DNA of 64,000 bases from assembly GCF_009914755.1 (NCBI RefSeq), contig NC_060942.1. One strand, 5' to 3'. A model generated the notes under the pieces. The model made no database searches. It was given only the letters and a program-made list of their open reading frames with translations, and was not told the DNA's origin. Position numbers and translations under genes: made by a program. This document shows positions 1 to 18,408 of this stretch, piece after piece. The stretch comes from the human T2T-CHM13v2.0 reference genome, Homo sapiens. The stretch's first letter is position 1; each line of letters starts with the position of its first letter.

Positions 1-1857
1 ACCCTGACGTGGTCAAGTCCATTTGCCAGGCTGAGGCTGGGTGGTGGCTTGGCAGCTTCTGGACGGCAGGGAACCGGTTTATGGACAGGCTGGCACTGCT
101 CTTTCAGTTTTATGTTTCAAATTCCGAATTTCCAAAGGAAAACATCTGGTCTCTCAAAGGAACCAATGAAGGTGAAACGGCTGGCATTTATCCCAGGTGA
201 CGGTGGCAAGAGTACAAATCTGAAGTCTGACTGCATTGCCTCTGACTCAGCAGACCTGTCCTCAGCCCAGAAAATGCCATGTCCTCGCTGGGCTCAGCTC
301 AGCATCCCTGAGGGTGAAATCCACCCCTTTTCTATGCTTGGTCCAAGCGTCTATGTGTGGTGTGCCCTGCCCTGGGCCCTGGCTCTTGGCCTCAGGCCGT
401 GATTGCATTTCCACCGCCAGGAAGGAAGACCTGTGCTCTCGTGTGAGGACCAGCTGGCATGTACTTAGCGTAGACACAGGATCTATCAGGGCAGGGCTCG
501 CAGAGCAGAGCAGAACAGGGGGCGTCTGCTCACCCTCCCAAAGGTATCGGTCCCATCCTGGCTCACCTCATCCCTTTTTTGGGGGCCCCTTCTCCTCTTC
601 CAGACTTTTTAAATAGGGGTTGGGGCTCCCCCTTTCTCTCTTTTCTCTCTTTGTGGACACAGTACTTCCTGTGGGTAATTTTTCTGATGATTCTTGAATT
701 TCAGCCTCTGCACCAGATCCGCCTCCTGAGTCACGCCAGGCCAGGGTACAGGGTCCCTGGGTTCTCACAGGCTCCATCTTACCTGGGAAACTCTATCCTC
801 CCTTCACCTACTTTGGGGATGACCACAACACAGACGGCTCAGGTCTTGGGGGCAGCACTGAAGGGGGATGGGGAGACACCTTCTTTCAGGTGTTTTCTCC
901 ACAGCAGCCTGGCTCTCAGCCCATCTCCACCCACCCAGGGGTGCTGGCCCATGGCAAGCACAGGGATGCCTGACACTGTCATCGGCCCCCAGGATGCACC
1001 CCAGGGCTTGGATGGGAAGTGGGATACAAGATGTTCATAGTTCACCATCAGGGGCTATAGTCTGGGGGCTGGAGGGACTGGCATTGACTTGATGGTCATC
1101 AGAGACCTGGACCTCAGTTCCAGGGGCCCTGACCCACCTGCCTTTCAAGGGACCCTAGCTCCCAGGCTCTGTTTCTCCCTACACCTGCTTTTAGCCCCAG
1201 TTTTTCATGGCTTTAATTTTTCAACTCTGGGTTGGTGCTTTTTCAATCCCTATCTTCAGCCATGACTCTTCTAAAATTTCAGCCCCACCCAGTTGTTTAT
1301 TATCTCGTTGACGTGAAGCTCCATGAACCCAACTCCCTCCTCCCATTCCTCTACCTCCTACTTAATTCCCTTCATGTTGTGTTTGGTTCTTCCAATCCTT
1401 CCTTGTCCCAATGATCAAGTCTTGATTGTTGTCACCATCTCTGTCATTGTGAAAATATCATTTTTATCATGGTTACCATAGGCTTGACTGATAGGAATTG
1501 AGCACATCAATACACTTTTTTTTTGGTTTTTTTTTTTTTTGGAACAAGACACCCTGCTGAAATCCAGCCTTGTGGCCAGGAGGATGTGGCTGTCGGTGAG
1601 GAGGCCCTGAGTCTGGGCTCTCATGCCGGTGCCCGCTGTCTCATCTCTTTACATTACTCCATGTGCTTTTCTCAAACCACTCCCTGCCTTTGGCCCCACA
1701 GCACCCTAGCTGTGCGTCCGCCTGGCTCCCTCTGCCCCGCCCCTCATGTCCACACACCCCAGCCCTCCCACTGGAAAGGTCAGGTTCGAGTGCCCCTTCC
1801 AGCCCCTCCTGCCATGTCATCTCCAGTTCATTCCACCCCGCTCACTGGGTGCCAAGC

Positions 1858-1994
1858 CCACTGTGACCACTGGAAACAGGGACCCATCTGCCTGTCACTT
1901 TAACCACCATGACCCCTGGAAACAGGGGCCCATCTCTCTGTCATTTTAACCACCGCGACCCCCAGAAACAGGGACCCATCTGCCTGTCACTTTT
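1858..1994. repeat. 46-bp minisatellite, 3 copies
   Basis: Unit ccactgtgaccactggaaacagggacccatctgcctgtcactttaa starts at 1858, 1904 and 1950 with a few substitutions. Confidence 0.9.
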
Positions 1995-3114
1995 GTCTGG
2001 ACTGTGCTTGTTTCAGGTGCTTGTATTAACTCCCCTCCCAAGTTCTAACCCCTTGTGACCCAGCAAACCCCTTCTAATAAAGTGAGCTCAGACATCTGCT
2101 ACTGGCTGAACAAAGGGAAGTAGGCAGATTCCCTGATGTTCTCAGGCAAGCAGTGGAGGTGGAAGCTCAGAAGCAAGGCTGCCCACGCGTCCCGCTTCCC
2201 GCGGTCTGGACAGCTGGCTGAAAGTGGTGTGAACACAGCTATGTGTGAGCCAAAAGTTCTGTAAATGAGGGAGTTTCACCCTTTAAAGAAATTGTTCATG
2301 AAGAAAAGAGTCAACTTCATTTGTCTTTGGTTTAAATCTTGGCCTTACATTAAAGTGAGGTTCAAATATATTTTCAAATCTTCTCATATTCACTCCTGTG
2401 CGCATGTTCTTCACATGAGTTTGTGTGTGACTGTGTATAAGCACATGTATACATAGCTCCTAGCTGCATCAGAAAGACAACAAAAACAAAAACCGTCCCA
2501 CGCAGTTTTTATTTATTTTTTTTTTAGGAACACGTCTAGAGTCCTTCCTATGTTATAGGCACTCCCCGAAGTGCTTTTGCAGGTATTAACTCATTTAACC
2601 TTTGTAAGGATCTTACGAAGTACATACTGTTACTACATTTGATTGGTAAATGAGGAAACTAAGGTACAATAATCTTTCTGTTAACCAATTCATTACTCAT
2701 TCATTGGTTAACTTTGACTCACCTCGATCCATATTCTGACTCCCAAAACATCAGGAACACTGTTCATGTGTAAGTCATGGAAGAGCAGGACTGCCTTCAG
2801 ACAGGGCATAAACACAACTTCATTGACTTTCCTGGGTAAAGATTGAAGGCTCATCACCATTACAATTTCCATTACTTAGCCAATTGTACTTTGATCCAGG
2901 AGGTGGGGTAATTTGCAACTGTTCTCATAGGTTTTCATTGGATTTACATATTTAATCTAATATATCATTGAGAAAGAGTTTACCAATCCACCAGACATAG
3001 GAAAAGAAAGCGAGGGGAAAACCACAAATACTGTGGGAATTCTCTGAAGAGTTAGGGTGACCAGCCATCTTGCATCTTGGTTTGTTTGCCTGGGCTGAGA
3101 GGTTTCTTTCTTTC

Positions 3115-3123
3115 TTCTTTTTT

Positions 3124-3156
<33 letters not shown>

Positions 3157-3447
3157 GAGACCGTGTCTTGCTCTGTTCCCCAGACTGGAATGCAGTGGCC
3201 TGATCACTGATCATGGCTTACTGCAGCCTCCACCTCCTGGGCTCAAACAATGTTCCTGCCTCAGCCTCCCAAGTAACTGGGACTACAGGTGTGCACCCCC
3301 ATGCCTGGCTAATTTAAAAAAAAAAATGTTTGTAGAGATGAAGTGTCACTCTGTTACCTAGGCTGTTCGTGAACTGGCCTCAACCAGTCTTCCTGCCTCG
3401 GCCTCCCAAAGTGCTAGGATTAAAAGCATAAACCACTGTGCCTGGCC
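3115..3447 (-). mobile_element. Alu (old, AluJ-like)
   Basis: T-rich tail followed by the reverse-complement Alu body ending ...ccactgtgcctggcc. Confidence 0.85.
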
Positions 3448-4029
3448 ACTACCTTTTTTTTTTTTTTTTTTTTTTTTTTTTCAAAAAGGTCCTTGTGAGG
3501 ATTTAGCTGCCATGCTGTTTAACTGTGGAGCTCTGGCTTACATGTCATCCCTAAAGCTGTTTCATATAGGGGTAAAGTAGATGCCAGGTTTACACCTTCT
3601 CCTCTGGTTAATCTCTGAAAGCAATTACTTGGCATGCAGGGACTTCTCCTGGCATGACAGGAAAGTGATGGCCTGGGGGTCAGGCATGAGGACCCAGTGG
3701 GCCCTGCTGTGACATAAGCAGGGTTTTCAGCCCCTCTGCATTTCACTTTTCTGTGATGAGGGGGCTGGGACCAGGTGCACTTCAAGGTCTCTAAAGAATG
3801 GAAGACTCAGTATTTATGAAAAATTACTTAATTACCTCTGCCTGCAGGTTGTTTTAAATTTATATTTTCTCCACTTTCACAGGTATAAAAATTCATTATC
3901 TTAGGTCTCATACACATTTCCTGCACCCATAAACCTTGCCATGGGAAAATGGAAATAGGCATTAGGCCTCAAGCCAGTTTTCACAACGTTGATGGCTACA
4001 TCAAGTCTGCTCTAAAATCCATTGCACTA

Positions 4030-4800
4030 GGCCGGATGCAGTGGCTCACACCTGTAATCCCAGTACTTTGGGAGGCTAAGGTGGGGCAGATCACCTGAGG
4101 TCAGGAGTTTGAGACCAGCCCTGCCAGCATGGCGAAACCCCGTCTCTGTTAAAAATACAAAAAATAGCCGGGCGTGGTGGCAGGCGCCTGTAGTCCCAGC
4201 TACTTGGGAGGCTGAGGCAGGATAATTGCATGAACCTGGGAGAGGCAGAGGTTGCAGTGAGCCAAGATCATGCCATTGCACTCCAGCCTGGGCGACAGAG
4301 CAAGACTCCATCTCAAAAATAAATAAATAAATAAATAAATAGATTAAATAAATAATAAAATCCACTGTGCAAAAAGGGAACACAGCCTTCTCCTGTAGAG
4401 ACAAGTTTTCTGAGTGGGGACTCAGCTCCCCTGGGGCATCAGAGCACACTACTCTCAGCCTTGCAGGAGGGAGGGTGCCTCTCGCTTGTTAGAACTTTTC
4501 TTTCCTTGGCTGGGTGTGGTGGCTCATGCCTGTAATCCCAGCACTTTAGGAGGCTGAGGCAGGTAGATTGCTTTAGACCAGGAGTTCAAGGCCAGCCTGG
4601 GCAGCATGGCAAAACCCCATCTCTACAAAAACATAAAAATTAGCTGGGTGTGGTGGCAGGTGCCTGTAGTCCCAGCTTCTCAGGAGGCTGAGGCAGGAGA
4701 ATCGCTTGAACCTGGGAGGCAGAGGTTGCAGCGAGCCAAGATTGTACCACTGCACTCCAGTTTGGGTGACAAAGTAAGACTCTATCTAAAAAAAAAATAA
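4030..4800 (+). mobile_element. Two sense Alu elements (about 4030-4355 with (TAAA)n tail; about 4508-4800)
   Basis: ggccggatgcagtggctcacacctgtaatccc and ggctgggtgtggtggctcatgcctgtaatccc starts, dimeric structure, A-rich tails. Confidence 0.9.
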
Positions 4801-5406
4801 TAATAATTAATTTAAAAAAGAAGTAGAACATTCCTATCCTTTAGGATTTTGGTCTTCTGCTGCCCAGTCCTGGGAGGCTCCAGCAGCTGCTGCCCAGGCT
4901 CCCCTCTTCTCTCAGCTCCCAGAGCCTGCGCTAATGGGCACTCGATGGCATCTGTCTCATTCCACTGTGCTGTACAATACAGCCAGCATCTCTTCTGCAC
5001 TGTCAGTTATTAAGATTTAGGGATAAGGACTATATTTTACATCAAGGTTGCTTTTCATCCATCCATCCATGCATCTATTCTGAGCATCTGTTTGTGGAGG
5101 ATCACATTTCATAAATGGTCCTGTGAGTCCTGGCAACACAAATGCCTGGGCTGTGCTCTGCAGCTCACCCGGATGTCTTCAGAGATGGACGCTTGGTTCT
5201 GTGGTGGGCGGACCCTAGCCTGTTCCCTCAAGCAGCCATGCATTGGCAACTTCTAGGACTGAGAAGAAGCCCTAACATCGTGTTCATATATGGTTGTGTA
5301 AAATGTTCTAATGTAAGCCAACCTCTCTTCCCATCTCAGATCGCCTGTGTGAAGTATATGGCTGGAGAAATGTTGGTGTCCGGCTGAGGGGAGTGTCTGG
5401 AGTCAT

Positions 5407-5809
5407 GTATTAGGGCAGCTGTAACAGTGCCACAGGAAGCTGGAGACCAAGCGTCAGAAGGGCCACACTCCTTTGGAAGCCTCTCGGGGGAGACCTCTCG
5501 GGGAGGACCCTCTCGGGCTGGCCTCTTCTGGCTCCTGATGGTGGCTGGCAGTCCTTGGAGCTCCTGGGTTTGCAGCTTCATGGCTCCAATCTCTGCCTCT
5601 GTCTTCACTTGGCCTCCTTCTCTCTTGTCTCTGTGCTCTCTCTCCTCTTCTTATAAGGACTCCAGGTCATTAGGTTTAGGCCCCACCCTAATTCAGTATG
5701 ACTTCACTTTAACCAATCATAGCCGCAAGGATGCTATATCCAAATGAGGCCACGTTCTGAGGTTCCAGAGGTACATGAAGTTGGGAGGGACACTGTTCAA
5801 CCCAGGACA
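5407..5809 (-). mobile_element. MaLR LTR (MLT1B/C-like)
   Basis: tgtattag start, cttataaggac...gccccaccctaattcagtatgac...gggacactgttcaaccc end resemble the reverse complement of MLT1 LTRs. Confidence 0.7.
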
Positions 5810-5959
5810 GGTCAGTTGTCTGGAAACTGACTTGGAGATGGAGATCTGTGCATAGGAGGCTTAGGGGAGGGTGCGCTGGCAGCAGGACATGAGTTAACTG
5901 AGAGGCAGCTGCGAATTAAGGGGAGTGAAGCACGCTAACATGATGGGTGATGATTGAGG

Positions 5960-6445
5960 TTTTATTTTTATTTTTATTTTAAATTTAGGGGTACATGTGC
6001 AGGTTTGTTACACAGGGAAACTGGTGTCATGGGAGTTTGTTGTACAGATTATTTCATCACCAGGTATTAAGCCTATTATTCATTATTTTTCCTGATTCTC
6101 TGCCTCCTCCCACCTTTCACCCTCCAGTATGCCCCACTGTGTGTTGTTCCCCTCTATATGTCCGTGTGTTCTCATCATTTAGCTCCCGCTTATAAGTAAG
6201 AACATGTGGTATTTGTTTTTTTGTTCTTGCGTTAGTTTGCCAAGGATAATGGCTTCCAACTCCATCCATGTCCCTGCAAAGGACATGATCTCATCCCTCA
6301 TCCCTTTTTTATGGCTGCATAGTATTCCATGGTGTATGTACCACATTTTCTTTATCCAGTCTATCATTGATGGGCATTCAGGTTGATTCAATGTCTCAGA
6401 CTAACAGCGGACCTCTCAACTGAAGCCCTGCAAGCCAAAAGAGAT
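5960..6445 (-). mobile_element. Short 5'-truncated primate L1 3' end with an inverted ORF1-derived 5' piece
   Basis: 5960-6395 is antisense L1 3'UTR/ORF2 C-terminus (ORF 6179-6391 ...DWIKKMWYIH...GTWMELEAIILGKL); 6397-6446 is sense ORF1 sequence (RLTADLSTEALQAKRD). Confidence 0.75.
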
Positions 6446-6878
6446 TGATTTAGATTTCTGGCTGATTTATTGAAACACTGACATCATTGATACTAACAAA
6501 ATTTGTAACATGCCATTACAATGAGAACATCAATGACAAACTGGTTAATAAACATTGATAATTTAAAATATGTTTGTTGTTAGCTACTATGTAAGAAAAC
6601 TTGAAATGTCCTGAAATCTTACATTTTATGTATAAAATAAACACGCTAGAAGTTTCCCCAAATTTGACAAAATTTGACATGGCATTACCCATAATAAGCT
6701 GTTAGGTCAAAAGGAGCTTTTCTAAATGATCAATAATAGAAAATAAATTTTGACCGATCATGCTACAGAAGACTATCTATTCTCTTTATAGAAAAATAGT
6801 ATAAAATCATTGTCATATAAAAAGAAGAACAAAGAGTATGAAATCCTAGAATATAAGGGAAATTGTTACAAAATTACA

Positions 6879-7620
<742 letters not shown>

Positions 7621-9060
7621 GTTAATTTTGTATTCTTATTTTTATATTTTTCTTAAAGACTCTTTCAAATTGTATAAGCTTCAGGTCCTACAGAATTTGG
7701 ATGTCCCCTAATCCTCAGAACTAGGCAGCTGTCCAGCCAGAAGAGAGGGCCAGGATGATCAATGGATCTAAACATAGGAATTGAGGGTTCCTAGAATCTC
7801 AGGCCATGGAGGCCCTGAGCAGGCAGTCCAGTGCCTTGATGAGGAGGCTTGAGTCCAGGTCCTGGAAGCGTGGATCAGGGCAGAGCTATGCATGGACTTG
7901 CCCACAACAACCCAAAGGCTCTCTTCTCCAGACACTCCACAGCCCCCTCTGGGAGTGGAGGCAAGTATCGACCTCCAGGCTTGGCTGTTTTGGTGGCTGG
8001 AGGTGAGGTTTGGAAGCAGGAGGAGGGGATAGCCTTCCTAAAGGGACATATTTAAGAAATTTGGGTGTATCTGTCATCTGTAGTAAGCTTTAAATAACCA
8101 CAAATGGGGAATCAGGCCAAAGACATGGGGCCAGGAAGCTGCTTCTGGGAGCACAATGTGGCCATCTCTGCCAGGGTGGAGACCCCACAGGCAGCTCCAG
8201 AAGGCAACTGCATCCTGTGCACACTCACAACTCCCAGGACAAGAATGGATCTCTGGCCCCTTGGGGACCATTCTGTTCCTGCCCATTCACTAGGTAAAGA
8301 AAAGCCAGCATGTGGCTGCAAAACTGGACAAGGGCCACAGTGACCCTGCTGGGTTGGTACCAGTGCTCCCAGCACAGGCAGGACCATGGCCAATCTCACC
8401 CCTGAGCTTAGGAATTCAGTCTCATCAGGTCAAGACTAATTGTTTTGGAGAACTGGTTGTAAGCTCTTTGTTGAAACTGACCATGGGACACACGTGGGGC
8501 TGGTAGAATTCCCTGCATCCCAGAGAATGAGAGTCCCATTGGGGGAGCCTCCCGTACCCAGTCTGGGGGTGCACAGCAGTCTGTGCCAGTTCCCTGGGAA
8601 GCTGGGCCTGAGGATGGAGGGGAACATCTCAGGGTCAGGATGGCATTGCACTTTGCTCTCTGTGCCTGCTTGCCCTGTCCTCACCCAAGCCAGGTGACTC
8701 ACTGAGATTTCCTCTCATAGACTCCCCAGCCACAGCAGGGGCAGTAAGGTCCCAGCACACCTGGATTTGTTTCCAGACACTTAGAAACTCTTGGCCAGCA
8801 CTGTTCTTTATTGCACTAGGGTGCCACCGTCTTATTTTTTATTTTATTTTTTTTTATTATACTTTAAGTTTTAGGGTACATGTGCACATTGTGCAGGTTA
8901 GTTACATATGTATACATGTGCCATTCTGGTGCGCTGCACCCACTAACTCATCATCTAGCATTAGGTATATCTCCCAGTGCTATCCCTCCCCACTCCTCCC
9001 ACCCCACAACAGTCCACAGAGTGTGATATTCCCCTTCCTGTGTCCATGTGATCTCATTGT

Positions 9061-12891
<3,831 letters not shown>

Positions 12892-12939
12892 TTATTTTGC
12901 TGGTTAGTTGATGCAGTTTCTTCCTAGTCTCGATGGTCT

Positions 12940-13958
12940 TTACATTTTGGCATGATTTTGCAGCAGCTGGTACCGGTTGTTCCTTTCCATGTTTAGTGCT
13001 TCCTTCAGGAGCTCTTTTAGGGCAGGCCTGGTGGTGACAAAATCTCTCAGCATTTGCTTGTCTGTAAAGTATTTTATTTCTCCTTCGCTTATGAAGCTTA
13101 GTTTGGCTGGATATGAAATTCTGGGTTGAAAATTCTTTTCTTTAAGAATGTTGAATATTGGCCCCCCACTCTCTTCTGGCTTGTAGGGTTTCTGCCGAGA
13201 GATCCGCTGTTAGTCTGATGGGCTTTCCTTTGAGGGTAACCCGACCTTTCTCTCTGGCTGCCCTTAACATTTTTTCCTTCATTTCAGCTTTGGTGAATCT
13301 GACAATTATGTGTCTTGGAGTTGCTCTTCTCGAGGAGTATCTTTGTGGTGTTCTCTGTATTTCCTGAATCTGAACATTGGCCTGCCTTGCTAGATTGGGG
13401 AAGTTCTCCTGGATAATATCCTGCAGAGTGTTTTCCAACTTGGTTCCATTCTCCCCATCACTTTCAGGTACACCAATCAGACGTAGATTTGGTCTTTTCA
13501 CATAGTCCCGTATTTCTTGGAGGCTTTGCTCATTTCTTTTTATTCTTTTTTCTCTAAACTTCCCTTCTCACTTCATTTCATTCATTTCATCTTCCATTGC
13601 TGATACCCTTTCTTCCAGTTGGTTGCATCGGCTCCTGAGGCTTCTGCATTCTTCACATAGTTCTCGAGCCTTGGTTTTCAGCTCCATCAGCTCCTTTAAG
13701 CACTTCTCTGTATTGGTTATTCTAGTTATACATTCTTCTAAATTTTTTTCAAAGTTTTCAACTTCTTTGCCTTTGGTTTGAATGTCCTCCCGTAGCTCAG
13801 AGTAATTTGATCGTCTGAAGCCTTCTTCTCTCAGCTCGTCAAAGTCATTCTCCATCCAGCTTTGTTCCGTTGCTGGTGAGGAACTGTGTTCCTTTGGAGG
13901 AGGAGAGGTGCTCTGCTTTTTAGAGTTTCCAGTTTTTCTGTTCTGTTTTTTTCCCCAT
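12940..13958 (-). pseudogene. L1 ORF1p, disrupted
   Basis: Fragments MENDFDELREEGFRR... and KRPNLRLIGVPESDGENG...; extra A just after the ATG (7 A where consensus has 6), stop at 13568, frameshift near 13160. Confidence 0.9.
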
Positions 13959-14405
13959 CTTTGTGGTTTTATCTACTTTTGGTCTTTGATGATGGTGATA
14001 TACAGATGGGTTTTTGGTGTGGATGTCCTTTCTGTTTGTTAGTTTTCCTTCTAACAGACAGGACCCTCAACTGCAGGTCTGTTGGAGTACCCTGCTGTGT
14101 GAGGTGTCAGTGTGCCCCTGTGGGTGGTGCCTCCCAGTTAGGCTGCTCGGGGGTCAGGGACTCACTTGAGGAGGCAGTCTGCCCGTTCTCAGATCTCCAG
14201 CTGCGTGCTGGGAGAACCACTGTTCTCTTCAAAGCTGTCAGACAGGGACATTTAAGTCTTCAGAGGTTACTGCTGTCTTTTTGTTTGTCTGTGCCCTGCC
14301 CCCAGAGGTGGAGCCTACAGAGGCAGGCAGGCCTCCTTGAGCTGTGGTGTGCTCCACCCAGTTGGAGCTTCCTGGCTGCTTTGTTTACCTAAGCAAGCCT
14401 GGGCA

Positions 14406-14546
14406 ATGGCGGGCGCCCCTCCCCCAGCCTCGCTGCAGCCTTGCAGTTTGAGCTCAGACTGCTGTGCTAGCAATCAGCGAGACTCCGTGGGCGTAGGACC
14501 CTCTGAGCCAGATGCGGGATATAATCTCGTGGTGCGCCGTTTTTAA
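14406..14546 (+). pseudogene. L1 antisense ORF0, truncated at 46 aa
   Basis: MAGAPPPASLQPCSLSSDCCASNQRDSVGVGPSEPDAGYNLVVRRF* matches the ORF0 N-terminus; a short T run gives an early TAA. Confidence 0.8.
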
Positions 14547-16199
14547 GCCCGTCGGAAAAGCTCAGTATTCGGGTGGGAGTGACCCGATTTTCCAGGTGCG
14601 TCTGTCACCCCTTTCTTTGACTCGGAAAGGGAACTCCCTGACCCCTTGTGCTTCCCAAGTGAGGCAATGCCTCGCCCTGCTTCGGCTTGCGCACGGTGCG
14701 CGCACCCACTGACCTGCGCCCACTGTCTGGCACTCCATAGTGAGATGAACCTGGTACCTCAGATGGAAATGCAGAAATCACCCGTCTTCTGCGTCGCTCA
14801 CGCTGGGAGCTGTAGACAGGAGCTGTTCCTATTCGGCCATCTTGGCTCCTCCCACCGCCACCATCTTATTATAAGAACCAAAGCCGCAGCTCAGTGGGGC
14901 AGGAGGAATCCATCGCACAGAAATATCCCGCAGACCGGGGATGTGAGAGTAATTGATTAGTGAATTAATTTCTAGCACAGCCAGTGCCTGCCTCAGAACT
15001 AGTCCCTCTTATGAATCAATAGGTTCCACAAATGGGCAGCATATGTGTTTTGTCTGCCCCTCTATAGCAGGGATGTGGGGATTGCAGACAGACGCTCAGG
15101 ACCCTTGGGTTGGGGTGGGTGAGATCCTGTTACTGGCTGCACATGTGGGGCCCACAGAGCTGCTCAAGTCATTCAGGGGGGCTGGAAAATGGACAGCTTG
15201 CCAAGCACTAAAGCTGGATGACTTTGCTCTTCTAACCCCCCTATACTCATTGCAGACAGGCTTCTTCACGCTTTATTCTGCTATTAGGTAACTTTTTTTT
15301 AAAGTTAAGTTTTTTGTTCTCATTTGGAGCTACACAGTTCTGTTTTGATGGCTAATCTCCCTTCCTGCTGTTGCTTATCCCAGAAGCCCCTTGGACAGGC
15401 TCCTCTCCAGCTATAGGTGATTTCCACATGGCTGCAGTTCCCTTGCAGGTGGCTGGATAAGGACAGCGGCCACAGAAGCACGGCGAGGCACACCTCAGCT
15501 GTCAAGGCTTAGGCGTGATGGCCCCCAGAGGTTACCCAGGTGCCGTCTCTTGCCTGTCTCTTCATTTTCCAGGATGGCAAAGTCCTGAGCAAATGTAAAG
15601 GCCTCCAGAGGTGGCCGTGAGGGATCACTTGCTTCCCGGGATGGCTGGTGGGGGACAGCCTCTGCAGGCAGGCCCGGGGGGTTCCCATCCTTGCTCCAGG
15701 CAGCACCACTCCTGAGTCTATGTGATCTGGGGTTGTGTTCCTTCATCTCCCGCCCCAATTCCACCTCCATCTTTCTAAGGTCTCTAATAAGAGGAGTTAT
15801 TGTAAAATTTGCCTACAAAGGAATCCACTGACTCACTCATTTTATTCATTTAACAAACATTTGGGAATCACATTCCACGTTTCAGACAACGTGCTCTGCA
15901 GTAGGAATTTGAAGATAAACAACATGAGTTATTTGTCTGAGGAACTCATGGTCTTCAGAGGAGGTCGACTTATAAATCAAGGAAATAGACTGTCCCAGCT
16001 CTCTCCAGCTTTGGGGCACAAATGACATCACATTAACACTAATGTCCAAGCCACCAAGACTTCTTGGATGGCTCCTGCAGAACTGCAAAATCTTAGGCTG
16101 TTCTCCACCAGCCCCTTCCACTCCCAGTATGATTTCCACGAGTACCCAAGGGGCAGCATCCTGCTCCTCTCACAGCTATCAGAGCAGTTCCAGTTTCTA

Positions 16200-16590
16200 T
16201 ACAGGAGGATGGGGTTAGCCAGCCTCCAGCATGACAGCAGGAGCATTGCCAACTTGGACAAGCACCATCATTTTAAAGTTCACCTTGATCAAAAACTGCC
16301 TAAATCCAAAGGACATCAGCCTAATGGCTCAGGTCAGCATGACCATAAACCACAAATGACATTTCCGACCGGAAACATTCCAGCCATAAGATAAACCCCT
16401 CCCCTACCTGAGAGATGTCAGCCTTAAGATAATCTCCCCTCCAGCCACAGGCATTACAACCCCACCATAAACTTTTCCTGAGAGAGGGCTCCTGACGGAA
16501 AGTGGCCAGAAGCCCCTCTCAAAAATAAACCTGTCTTTGACTGTTGAGCCACTTCATGTGTTTCTTTCCTCTTTCTTTAACTCTTACGCA
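16200..16590 (+). mobile_element. ERV1 LTR fragment (MER50-like)
   Basis: 3' end aaaataaacctgtctttgactgttgagcc...tttctttcctctttctttaactcttac typical of this LTR group; start uncertain. Confidence 0.55.
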
Positions 16591-16594
16591 AGAT

Positions 16595-17005
16595 GCTTCT
16601 AAATGGCCTTGCCTTTTAGTGTTCATGCCCTCACACAGCCCTCTCCCATGGCGAATCTGGGCTGACCCAAAACAAAAGCCGGTGGAAGAAATGGTGCCTG
16701 CCTTTTGAGGCAAGGTCATGGAGGCATATAGCTCCCACTTTGCCTGTGGGATCACTCATCCTGGGCCAGGCCACTGTGGGAGGGAGCCATTCGGAAGCAG
16801 GTCCTTCAGCCCCGCCCAGGCCTTCAGATCTGCAGGAGCCGTTGATATTTTCACTGCCGCCTCATCAGAAACCCAGGCAGAACCACACAGCCAAGCTTTT
16901 CCCAAATGCCTAATCCACAGAAACTGTGAGAAATAAAAATCTTGTTTTGTTTTAAGGCACGAGGTTTTGGAGGGATTTGCTATGTAGCATTCTATGACTA
17001 ACACA
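16595..17005 (+). mobile_element. MaLR LTR (MLT1F/G-like)
   Basis: ccacagaaactgtgagaaataaaa...gttttaag...ttgctatgtagca...actaacaca 3' end. Confidence 0.65.
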
Positions 17006-17573
17006 CATTCTGTGGAGCAAACCCTCTAGCACTTGTTGTGTCTCATTTGGGCCCCAAATCAGTACCACTGGAGACTCAGCCTCCTACAAAGTACCCAATA
17101 AAAACAATTTCTTCTGCTCCTTGTTCTAATTGCTGTCTACATAAAGGCACAAACCCAAGGCATCAGAAGCTGCGCCATCATCCTGTCTGCTGCCTAGACT
17201 GTGGGCGTTTCCTTTCCTCCCTGTGAATCAAACCCCACTTTGTCTAGTTGGTAGTGGATCTGACTTGATTGCAAGAAAGGGAAGCCCTTCTTCCACTTAA
17301 GAGGATGAGTTGTGGTTGGTCTAACCAAGACATGGTCACCTAATCTTTTTTCATCCAAGACAGGATCACTGCCTCATGACGGGCAATGCTGTGGAATAAA
17401 CGTGCACTGGGGATCCCCTTCCTTCCCCCATACTAAAGCATAATCTCCCTTGGAGAAAGCTCCTTGCTTCCCTCCCTTTCAACTGTCTCCCAGTCTTGAC
17501 CCTGGAAGTGTCTGAAGGCCTAGCCTGTGTCTTACATTCATAGGGCAACATGTCAACGTTTTTAAGAATGTTA

Positions 17574-18408
<835 letters not shown>

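Noticed and set aside
3454-3481. 28-nt poly-T just outside an Alu 5' end
   Set aside because: No attached retro-element body or TSD; treated as a simple mononucleotide repeat
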